DNA of 64,000 bases, taken from contig NC_045701.1 in NCBI RefSeq assembly GCF_009834535.1, forward strand, positions 32,736,001 through 32,800,000, written 5' to 3'. Under the pieces are notes generated by a model, which saw nothing but the letters and a program-made list of their open reading frames with translations, was not told the DNA's origin and did not search any database. Of the stretch, positions 49,216 to 60,331 are shown piece by piece. Both the position numbers and the translations under genes were made by a program. Source of the DNA: Camelus ferus. Taxonomy: Eukaryota. Position 1 is the stretch's first letter; each line of letters starts with the position of its first letter.

Positions 49216-50075
49216 CCTGGAGCCTGGGCCAGCCTGAGGGGAAATCTGGAGCTGGATCCGATCATGCTGTCTGTGCCACTCACTCTTGGTGGTCTGCCTC
49301 TGGTTCCTGTGGAAGTCCTGCCACACCCCTAAGCCTCAAGAATGTTCCTCCAGATCACAGAATTCCCAGTCTCCATAAAGACCCAGTTTCCAGACTTGAG
49401 TTTGTGTCTCCTCCCTCTGCAGCTCTCTCCTCCCTCTGCAGCTCTCTCCTCCCAGCATCAGGCTCTAAAAGCCTTGAAAGGAGTCGGTGTGTCAGAGTCA
49501 GAGAGGAAACAATGAAGAAAAAGAGGGAAAGAAAGAAGAGAAAGGGATTCCTTGGAGAGGCAGGACCCTCATGTCCAACTTAAACAAGAAATCACACCAG
49601 ATCCTTCCTTGACTCACCATCAACTCAACAGCAATCGTGATTTACCTTTAGGGATATTCAAAAGCACTAAGAACATTTCGAATTGTAGGGTATTTAGAGC
49701 ATCCTGACCTCTCCCCACTAGACGCTGGTAGCAACAGCCCCCTCTCCACCACCAAGTTAGGAACCAAAAACATGTCCAGGCATTGCTAAATGTCCCCCAG
49801 GGGTGTGTGAGGGGTGGGTGAGGAAGCTGGGAAGGAATCACCCTCAGTTGAGAACCGGCAGTTCGGATGCATGAGCTAGAGAGGCAGTTGGGGCCGCACT
49901 GGGCCCTTGTGACAGTCCACCTCGATAAGAGAAGATCTGCATCTGTGGAGCTTTGATCTGAGATGCAGGGGAGACCATCCCTCACTCACTTCTGCATGAC
50001 AGATACCTGGAGCAGATAAGAAGCGGGACAGCATCACAAGTCTTGCTGAACGTCAGCCACAAACGGCTGCTCCCA
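48925..50075 (+). repeat. Inverted repeat copy B (~1.15 kb)
   Basis: Near-identical to the reverse complement of 44807-45957. Confidence 0.97.
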
Positions 50076-50616
50076 CACCACACAAGTCTGTGTACCCTCA
50101 ACGTGCTCAAGACTAGTGCAGTGGCACAAAGAAGAGAGGGGTCAGTCCTGCTCAGGACAGGAGGACAATAGCTCTGACTCCTGAGCCCAGGGGTGGAATA
50201 GCCATTGAAGCACAGCAGGGAGCCTGCCTTAGCGGTTCTAATTGATTACTGGTTGCTGTGAGAGAAAACTTGACTTGCTTAAGGGCTCATCCTCCGCGCT
50301 GAGTGTCAGCCCCACCCACCTGCTTCCCTGTCCTTAAACAGCAGCCTGGAGCCACCATCCCACAGCACCTCCATAGGGAGAGGATCAGGGACCTGGGGGA
50401 GGAGAAGGAGCTGCCACCCGGGGTGAAGTGAAGCAGTGACAATGTCCAGGGTCAGGGCTTGGCAGCCAAGGGGTCCATGGGAGCCAGCCCTGCCCTCTGA
50501 CCTCCTACGTAGAGGCTATGCAAGGTGGGGCCTCCCCCGACAGGGGGCCTGGGAGGGCAGGGAAGGTGGGACCAGGAGGAGAGCGGGCTCAGTCCTTTCC
50601 CTCCCTCTGCCCTCAG

Positions 50617-50793
50617 GGGGACTCCGGGGGCCCTCTCGTGTGTGACAATGTGGCCCAGGGCATTGTCTCCTATGGACAAAAAGATGGGTCCACTCCACGG
50701 GCCTGCACCAAAGTCTCAAGTTTCCTGCCCTGGATAAAGAAAACCATGAAAAGTCTCCAACTGCAAGAACCGGGCCATCTTCCCTGGAGCTGA
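50617..50793 (+). pseudogene. GZMB: Orphan granzyme B-like exon 5, with part of intron 4 (50076-50616) and poly(A) signal at 50829-50834
   Basis: [20 protein letters not shown]...[22 protein letters not shown] with Arg226. The 3'UTR resembles GZMB. No exons 1-4 upstream. Confidence 0.8.
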
Positions 50794-51889
50794 TCTAGAA
50801 TCACACTGGGTTGGGGGGCCAGCAACGGAATAAAGCCTCTTAGCTGAGCAGGAAGAGTTGGTTTCTTGTTTATTTGTTGACCCCCATTCACAGGCACCAG
50901 CTCTGTGCTTCGAAAGCCAATGACACTGTTCTGCTGGTTTCTGCTTCCTCCTCTTCCCCCTCCCACCATCACTTCCCCTAAACCCCGTGCAAAGCTATAC
51001 CCAGGTCCCCCACACCTGGCTTTCCAGGGCCTGCCCTTCTGCCAGGGCTGAAGCTGAGTACCATCAGGAGAAGACAGGAACCTCTCTGGTCCTGGGGCCA
51101 GAGTGCCTTACCTCCTTGCCCTGTGTCCTATGGCAGAGAGGAGGGGATGACACCACGGGTCCCGGACACCAGGCAGGCACAGTCTGGGGCTGCCACTCAA
51201 GGACGGAGCCCCCACCGGGGAGGGAGGGGCCTTCCTGAGCAGACATTTCTCTCCCACAGCCCGGGAAGCAGGCCCAGGGCAGGGGTGGATCTCCTGAGAA
51301 GTTCCTCCTTCTCAGCTGGGCAGAATGTCCTTCCTGTCCTCATCCGAGCTCTTGTTTGCTGTGGCTCTCCAGCCTGAATCACTACTGACAATGTGCTTTT
51401 TCTTTAGCTATAATTTTGTTGCTTTTTAAGAGACTTGCAATCAAGATGTTTAGAACTAACAATAATTTCACCTCCATGGCTCTCTCCTCCTTTTCCATTA
51501 CGGGGACATGATCAGGATAACTTGTTTAGCAAATAGTACAGGGATATTAGAAGTGCAATTCTCTGCACAGTGGTGTGGGAATTCTACTTGGCTCCCTGGC
51601 ATCCTTTCCCACTTCACGTGGTATCAGTAACTCATCAAAGAGAATAACTTTCGGGAGAGCCGTTCTTCTTCCACTCTCAGTATATGTGGATTGGACAGAG
51701 CAGACCCCAGCCTAGTCAAAGGCTCTGACTAGGCTGAGGTAGAGCAGAGGTTTCAAGCGCCCTGACCACAGGCACCTGCAGCACCGAGGTAGGCTGTGCT
51801 CTGCGGGGACTGCCACTGTCTGTCTCCACCCCACAGGTTCCTCGTACATGACTGCATCGCTCCTCCCGCTGGGAGGTGGGGTCTGTAGC

Positions 51890-52325
51890 CCTTCTTTTTT
51901 AATCTGGTGGGAGCACTCGATCGTCCAAGATGGAATATGGTAGAATAGAGGCCATATGACTTCAAAATCTAGGTAATAAAAACAACACAGCTTCTGCCCG
52001 GCTTGCTCTGTAGGAGATACTCACTCTGAGGAAGCCAACCACCATGCTGGCAGAGAACCAAACAACTGAGACTACTCGAGAGGCCCTCATGGAGAGAAAC
52101 CAACGTGCTCAGTGAGCGAAACCAACGTGCTCAGTGAGCAGCCAGCACCAAGCACTGGGTGTGTGTGAGCGAGCCCTCAGGTGGTTCCAGCTTCCAGGCT
52201 TCAAGCCACCTTGACAGCAAGGGTAGCACAGGGGAGACATCCACGCTGCACCCTGACCAAAATGCAGACTCCTGGGTAAAAGCAATGTCGTTCTTTCAAA
52301 CCACTCAGTTCTTTAGTAATTAAAA
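51890..52325 (+). mobile_element. Old MLT1G/H-like LTR containing a perfect 22-bp tandem duplication (52096-52139)
   Basis: MLT1-type motifs; gaaaccaacgtgctcagtgagc occurs twice in tandem. Confidence 0.55.
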
Positions 52326-52816
52326 CATTACTCCACACCATTCTGTCCATCCCTCTAACCGTGGCCTTCACCACCCTCGTCTGATCACTGATGGTTTTGT
52401 CTCCTCCCCTAGAAGCGAGGATTCTCATCTCCAGTGTCCCCCACAGTCTCCCACAAAAGGGGCCTCAATAAAGAATTACCCTGGTGATCTATAGTAAACT
52501 ACAGAAATGACGACGTTCTTTGATCTATTATCATAAGACCCAGGTTGCTAGGGTGGGGGACCAGCTGTTGGCGGATACAACATCTCCAACCACCCTTTAC
52601 TTGTAGCTTCATTTCCTGTTTTCTGCTGCTGCAGCTGGCACCAAGCCAAGAGCTACTGGTGCTCTGACAAGTTCATACTCCACTCAGACCCAGGGACTTG
52701 ATCAAAAAGCAGTGTGAGGATTTCGGAGAAGCCTTGTAGGATGGAGGCCACAACATCGGAGGAGACACTTAAGATTAAAACACTGGAAGGAAGAACTGGG
52801 CAGCCTTTGTGGAGAG

Positions 52817-54753
52817 CTGCTCCTGCTTCTGCTCCTGGCAGCCCATCCTCTGTCCGCCACCGGGGACGCAGGTGAGTGACTGTCCCCACCCGCAGAGGCC
52901 CAGGCCCATCCCACACTGGCACACACCTGCTGAGACACTACGCTCATACGCATCCTGGATGGTCTACCTGCTGAAGCTTTCTGGACTGTGCCCAACTCCC
53001 TCAGAGACCAGCAAATCTGACCCCATCTGCCTGCTCCAGCCGAATGCTCCACGAGCACACAGGCAGGCTGGGATGTTTCTTTTAGGGAAAATCATCAGGG
53101 GCTATGAGGCCGAGCCGCATTCTCGTCCCTACATGGCATTTCTTCAGATCCAGACTTCAGGGAACATTATACTCTGTGGCGGTTTTCTGGTGCGTGAGGA
53201 CTTCGTGCTGACAGCAGCTCACTGCTGGGGCAGGTGAGGAGCAGCGCCTGGGCCCCCGCCCCTCTGTCAGCGCCTCACAGGGAGCCCTCTTCTCAGGGGC
53301 CGCAGGCCTGGGCCACCTAGTAACACTGACGAGCTCTTCGGAGGACAGCTAGGCTTTGAGGAGAGAGGGACAGATCAATGCGAGTGGCCTGCGGAGAAAG
53401 GAACTGCCCAAAGCTGGGATGGAAGGAAGCCAAGGTTAAGCCCTGGAGCCCAGAGTGCAAATGTGAGACAGATGCACGGACTGGCTTACAGGCAGGCGGG
53501 CTCTGTGAGAACTCAGCATCCCAAGTGCCCTCCAGGAACTGCCGCCCAGCCCGGGCTGCCCGCAAGCGGACAGAACCGAGATGCTCTGCCCCAGGGCCCC
53601 ACTGCCTAGAATTCTCTCCGCTCCAGTCCTGCCCTGTCCCGAGCCTGTGACTCCACCTCCCTCTCTCTCTCTCTCTGTGCAGCTCAATCAGCATCACCCT
53701 GGGGGCCCACAACATCCTCGAGCAGGAGGGGACCCAGCAGGTCATCCGGGTGAGAAGAGCCATCCCCCACCCAGATGATGATGATGAAAACACGGCCAAC
53801 GACGTCACGTTACTGCAGGCGGGGCGCGCGGCTGCACCGGTTCTCACACACTTTAACCCCAGGGCTTTGCATCCCCCATCACCTCACTCCTGTCCCTCCT
53901 TCCGGTACGACCCCTTCAATTATCCCAGAGCTGTGAAGAAAGCAACCCTACGACTGTCCCTGCAGTCTTTGTGGGCCATGGGTAGGTTAGAATGCCTTTC
54001 CTCTGCCTTCAGCTGACGAGGAAGGCCAACCTGACCACCGCTGTGAGCCCCATCCGGCTGCCCCAGGGGAAGGAGCCGGTGAAGCCAGGGATGGTGTGCA
54101 GTGTGGCCGGATGGGGGCTTCTTGGCGTGAACAAACCTGCAGCAGCAAAACTGCAGGAGGCAGAGCTTGAAGTCCAAACAGACCAGCAATGCATCCATCA
54201 CTACAAACATTACGATGCCACCACCCAGATATGTGCAGGGAACCGAAGAAACAGGGAGAATTGTTTTGAGGTGAGATCCCCAGCGTTATCCAGGCAAAGC
54301 CCTGGGCACATCCCTGGCAGTGGGAACTAGCCGTATCTCCACGTCTGCAACATTTCCTCCTATCCAGTCTCTGGTCCTGTCTCCCTGGGGGATGGGAGAT
54401 TGTCCCACACATATGGGCAGAGACTTCCTAGGGGAGGAGAACGGGGGATGAACAAGGCTGGGCTGAAACCTCAGGAGCCAAAACCTTCATATCAGCCACG
54501 GCCCCCTAACAGAGACCACCCACCCCCTGGGCGGCAGGGAGGGTCAGACCACAAGATGACCCAGCTCACTCCTTCCCCTCTCTGTCCACAGGGAGACTCT
54601 GGAGGCCCCTTACTGTGTAACAGTGTGGCCCAGGGCATTGTCTCCTTTGGAACCAAGGATGGTACACCTCCAAGTGTCTATACCAGAATCTCGAGCTTTC
54701 TGTACTGGATACAAAACACAATGAGAATCTGTGAACTTCAGGGACCAGACTGA
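52817..54753 (+). pseudogene. Duodenase-like chymase-locus serine protease, probably disabled. Exons 52817-52871, 53086-53233, 53683-53818, 54013-54270, 54592-54753
   Basis: GK propeptide, Asn189 and LTRKA...VYTRISSFL closely resemble bovine duodenase as recalled. His, Asp and Ser of the triad are present and frames are open, but ATG is replaced by CTG and the exon 3 donor is GCGGGG. AATAAA at 54845-54850. Confidence 0.75.
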
Positions 54754-56656
54754 GGTGCCCCGGGATGGATCTGTCCATCTTCTCTGGGGCAGAGGCCAGA
54801 ACGGCATTGGGCCAAGGGGATGGAGGGGAGGCTGCCAGGGATGTAATAAACTGTCATCTTCAGAAGTCATTGATTCCTCCTTTATTCATCCACACAGATT
54901 CGTTAGGTAACAAGAGTGTCTGGCAACCCTCTGTTCAATTTTCCGGCCTGTCCCTGGCTTCCCCCTCCAGCAGACCCCTCCTTCCAACTCTGGAATAAAA
55001 ATCCTGTTGCAGTGACAGCCAGCGCCCTCCGATCACACGTCCCCAGTGTCAGCTTCCCGGCCAGGCTGCCTGTGAGTCCATCAGAACACGGAGACATCTC
55101 CTCAGGAAAACTGACCCTCATCTAGAGGACGCTCCCGCCTCCTCCCTCGTCCCCACCCCCACCGCACCCCAACATTCCAGGGCCACATGGCAACGTAAGA
55201 GGATCCAGATTTCAAAGGAGGATCCCCTGAGACGCGCTGGGGTGGGGGTGGGGGGACTTCTCCACCCGAACAGAAATGGAAGAGGGGAGGCTTTGAAAGA
55301 GTGTAGCTCACCCCTGCAGAACTTCCTCCCACATCAGAGTAGCCAGAGCTCAGAAGCCTGAGAACGTTTCAGGAGCGCCTCAGAGTTCCCAGGCCCAGCC
55401 CCGGGGCCTGGCCCAGCTCCGGCTTGGAGTCTTGGGCCCAGGGCCCAGTGCAGCCTCGGGTGTCCGGACAGCTCAGCCTCCTGCAGCCCCAGTTGAGCTG
55501 CAGGGCGCTCTCCCATCTTGGTCTGAGCCAGCCTCNNNNNNNNNNNNNNNNNNNNNNNNNNNNNNNNNNNNNNNNNNNNNNNNNNNNNNNNNNNNNNNNN
55601 NNNNNNNNNNNNNNNNNNNNNNNNNNNNNNNNNNNNNNNNNNNNNNNNNNNNNNNNNNNNNNNNNNNNNNNNNNNNNNNNNNNNNNNNNNAGGAAACTCA
55701 TTGTAATGAAAAGTATTGGTCTCAGGGGTTTCCTAATGTTTCAAAGGTGTCTAACAGCCTACAGCATACTGAGCAAACTTTTTCTTCTACTTTTCAACAT
55801 CTCTTAATTTTTTTATATAAGATTGTTCAGGAAAGTGAACTTTTTCAAAAACCATGCACCTGAGAGAAGGCTCGGCTGAGGAGGAGAGGCTTACTGAATG
55901 TTTGCATTGGTCAGTGAGTCTCACTAAGGGAAAACGCATTTTGGGTATAGAAGTAACACATGCTCATCACAGAAAGACACTTAAATACAGAACATATAAA
56001 TAAGAAAATAAAAATTACTGGGAATTCTACCACCCCGAAGTCATCATCACGAATGCTTAAGTGTCTTTCCTTCCACTCTTTGTCTACTGACTCGTAAGCG
56101 GCTGTTCTGTCGGCATTGGAATTGGGCTATTTAGAACTCCTCGTGCCTTCCTTTCCCTTTCTCTTCTGGCCCCACGGGGGTGAGAGTGTGGGGAAGCACG
56201 CAAGAGGTCAGGATCGCCACGGACAAGGGCATCAGAGACACGGGTCTCTGGACACTGGACAGAGAACACTCAGTGCAGAGTAACTATTAGGATGAACGGC
56301 ATCCGGGTCTGATTTCATCTGAATGGAAAAGAACCAAGAGTGGGGACATGGGGACACTCTTGATTCATGATGGAGCCGACTCTGGGGGTCCAGCCCCTCT
56401 GCTGGCCGCACCTCAGACTTCACTCTCTTGTGCTTGCTTCTTGTTTTCACCTTGTGACTCAGCAGTGGGAGGGCAAGTGTGGTGACAGCGCCCTTCTCAC
56501 CCAGCCCAAGGCAGGGACCAGGGACCCCCACGTTGCTGGCTGACATCCGGCCCAGGAGTCTGTGCCGGGCTGAGCCTCCCCTCCTCCGGTCCCCTGGGCT
56601 TTGTGTCTGGAAGGAAGGAAGACCAGCAGCTCAACCTGCGCAGACTTTCAGGGAAG

Positions 56657-59598
56657 ATGCAGCCACTCCTGCTCGTGATGGCCGTTCTTCTGCCCGCCGG
56701 GCGGGGACAGGTGAGTGACAATCCCCATTCCTCGGGCCTGGGTCCATCTCACTAAGCCCCCTGTTCTCCTGACCCTCCTGCCCAGCTCCAATTTCTGAAC
56801 CCCAGCTCCAGGCCCAAACCCAGACAAACAAGTTCGATGCCGCCCAGACATTCACATGGGCGGATGGCAGGAAGGAAGGGTGCTCACTGGAAGCTTTAGC
56901 AGGGCACAGCCCCTCTCTCTCTCTCTCTCACACCGGGAAAGTGGGTTGTGCATTTGGCAGAGGATGTGAAGCTACAAAAACCAAGTAAGTAAAACCCCTC
57001 ACTCCAACCCGGGAAAGGGCAGCTCAGCCGAAGTCACTGCAGGCTGGGAGTGGTCAGTGGACCCAGCTCAAGGACCGGTGAAGTCTCTCAGGGCCCCCCA
57101 CCCCTCGGTCCTGCCCAGGACAGGAGCCCAGGGTGCGATGGATCAGAAGTGGCAGGATGGCAGCACCCAAAGCTCTCCGGGTGCTAAGCTCTGCCCCGGC
57201 CCCACACAGCCCACTTCCAGTCCCACCTCCCCTGCCTCCCAGGCCCTCAGTGGCCCCAGTGCCTTTGGCAGTGCCCTCCCCACCCCTGTGCCCTTGAATC
57301 CACCAGCGCCGTCCCTGCCAAACTTCAGCCAAAAGCCAACTGGAGGCTATCACTCATGCAGCCAGAGTGTTCACTGCAACCCTAGGGTGTGTTAGGCCCT
57401 AGGACACGAGGATTTCAGAGAATCCCACTCCGTAAGCTCGTAGGAAGATTATTAGAAAAGGACACCTATCAATCTGCTAACAGAGGCTCAGAGTAGTCAG
57501 GGAGACCCGCAGGGAGCGAAGGCTCATCAGGGAGTCCTGTCCACCATTCTCCGGGGCTCCACCACGTTGAAGGCAGACCTTGCCCCCGCCACGAACGTGT
57601 CTGAAGCAGGACGTGAAGGACAAGCTGACCCCCTTTCTCCGAGGGGGAGTCTGAGGCTTGAGGTTAGAAAATGTTACTCTGTTGCAAAGAGAACCTGGAG
57701 GACTCTCCCCTGGGGTCTGCAGGGCTCTGTGGACACACCTCAAACGCCACCTTCCTGATTTTCGCTCCTGACCACAGCCGCCCCCGTCACCCTGTCTCCC
57801 AGCCCTCTCTTTCAGGGGAGATCATCGGGGGCCACGAGGCCAAGCCCCACTCCCGCCCCTACATGGCGTTCGTTCAGTTTCTGGATCAGGAGAGGATGAG
57901 GCGGTGTGGCGGTGTCCTCGTGCAGAAGGACTTTGTTCTGACGGCTGCTCACTGCAGGGGAAGGTGAGGGGCAGCAGCCAGCCTTCCCCTGCTGACACCC
58001 CCGCAGGGACCCCATCCTCTGCCGGGGGGCCGAGCCCAGGGAGGGCCCGCAGCTTCTCATAACACAAGACCGAGAGAGCTCATCAGACGACCATCTGACG
58101 GCAGGACTAAGGTGATGAGAAGCTGAGAAACAGGGCAGTAAGTTTCGAGGTCCGGGGATCAGAGGTGAGAGCAACACGCATAGGTGAGAAGGCGGGGACC
58201 CGACCGGCCAAAAGCAGCATCAGTGAGGAAGAAAGCACGCATTGAAGTCAAAGTGCAAACTCAGAGAAATTTCACGATACTGCTGAGAAAGCTCCATCAT
58301 GTCCCTGCCTTCATGTCATTGAGAAGCACACGGCAGGGCGTCACTCCGCCCCAGGACCTTCTGTGGCCTCAATTTCCCCTCAGCTGCAGCCCTGCTCTGC
58401 CCCCGTGTCACCAACCCCGCACGGCTCTGGGGCTGGCCCTCCTGTGACACCACACTCCCCACACGCTCTCTGCTCTCTGTGCAGCTCAATCAATGTCACC
58501 CTGGGGGCCCACAACATCAAGAAGCAGGAGGGGACCCAGCAGGTGGTCCCAGTGAGAAGAGCCATCCCCCACCCAGACTATAATCCTAAGGACCACTCCA
58601 GTGACATCATGTTACTGCAGGTAAGGAACCTCCCCGCTTCTCTGCCCTCCTGGAAACACACTGTCTCCCCTCCCACTGCAACCAGTCCCTTTCCTCCCTC
58701 CCGTCCTGGCCGCCCGACCTGTCCCCGGGGCTCAGGTGAGAGCGAGGGCTCTGCGGTCTCACTGCAGTGTCCCGGCCCGGAGGCCACTGGCTGAGCTGGA
58801 CCCTGTCTCTCCCCATCAGCTGCAGAGAAAGGCCAAGCAGACGGCAGCTGTGAGGCCCCTCAGGCTGCCCGGGGACCGGGCCCGGGTGAAGCCAGGACAG
58901 GCGTGCGGTGTGGCCGGCTGGGGGCAGGTGGCGGTGGGCGTTCCAGCCACCACTCTGCAGGAGGCAGTGCTGACGGTGCAGGAAGATCGTGTGTGCGAAT
59001 CCCTCTTCCCAGGCTATTACAGCCGCGCCACCCAGATTTGTGTGGGGGACCCGAGCACGGTGAAGACCAGCTTCAAGGTCAGGTTTCCAGCATCTAGGCA
59101 CACAGGCCCCGGGGAGCAGAACTCAGGGAAGGTCTGGGGCTGGGGAGAGGCCATCTTCATTCCTCAGCCCGAGGGCTTGGGCAGCCTGGTCCATGAGTCC
59201 ACACTTTAGACATTTTTCCTGAGTGGGTCAGGGTGGAGGGGGCGGAAGGATCAGTCATGTGGCAGCTGTGTTATCAGCAGAGTTTCCATGAGGACTGAGA
59301 AGAAAGGTTGGCCTGGGTCTCAGTAAAGACCAGTTAGAGCCAGACGGGAGCCCTGGGACCCTGCCCTGGTCCCTGACAGACAGCACCCAGCCCCAGGCTC
59401 CAGGGAGGGCGGGCCCCGCTGAGGACCCTCAGTCCTTCCTCTCTCTGCCCACAGGGCGACTCCGGAGGGCCCCTCGTGTGCAAAAACCTGGTCCAGGGCA
59501 TTTTCTCCTGTGGGAAACAGAACGGGACACCTCCAGGAGTCTTCACCAAGGTCTCCCACTTCCTGCCCTGGATAAAGAGAACAATGAAGCGCCTCTAA
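56657..59598 (+). CDS. GZMH: Granzyme H. Exons 56657-56710, 57816-57963, 58485-58620, 58820-59077, 59455-59598; exon 1 is 1 nt short (frameshift as written)
   Basis: MQPLLLV..., [57 protein letters not shown]. Triad intact; T189/G216/G226. AATAAA at 59694-59699. Confidence 0.85.
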
Positions 59599-59871
59599 CA
59601 GCAAGCTGGAGACTCACCTTTTTGTGGGCTGGCCATCTTCCTGGGGCAGCGGCAAGAATCCCATAGGGGTTGGCAGTGGGATCGCAGGGCCATAATAAAG
59701 GGATCTCTAGAGCAAAGATGACTGAATTCCTGTTTATTCAGCGACCACTTCTGATATGCAACAGCCCTGCCCCAGGCAGCCCTCTGCTGCCAGCTCGGGG
59801 TTCTGCTTCTGCCTTTCTCCCCAGGCCTCGCTCCGCCCTAAATCCCATGCTGTCTGTCTAGAGTCTCATTG

Positions 59872-60331
59872 TGTTACTGAATGCAAGCTCCTGTGCCCGA
59901 CGCACCGTGAGTCCAAACAAACTAAAACGTTGGAGTTTGGAGCGGAGAAAGGTTTGTTGCAGGGCCGAGCCAAGAGAACCCGTGGCTCATGTCCCTCAAA
60001 TCCCAAACTCCCCAAAGGCTTTCAGCTGAGCCTTTTTAAAGGCTCGCTGAGGGTGGGGCGGCCCAGGGTGTGTGCTCAGCTGTGCACAGTCCTCTGATTA
60101 GTTGATGGTGGTTGATCCTTAGATGCCAGGTCTGTGTGCTACTTACGCTTGATCATCAAGTGGTTAATTTCTTCAATCTGGTGGTGGTTTTGAGCATCTG
60201 AAAAACTCAGGAAATATGCAGGAGATACTATTATCTGGGTACTTCAGAGAGGAGCTCCAGCAGAGCCTATGGGGGAGGGGTCTGCCCCCCCCCACCCCCG
60301 GGAAGGCCCCATGGGATCCTTCTGGGTTACA
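59872..60331 (-). mobile_element. ERV1-type solo LTR (460 bp)
   Basis: TGTTAC...GGTTACA inverted termini with 4-bp flanks attg/gttg. Confidence 0.75.

Noticed and set aside
52817-54753. Calling this gene cathepsin G
   Set aside because: The GK propeptide, Asn189 and overall peptide fit duodenase. Cathepsin G has a GE propeptide, Ala189 and Glu226.
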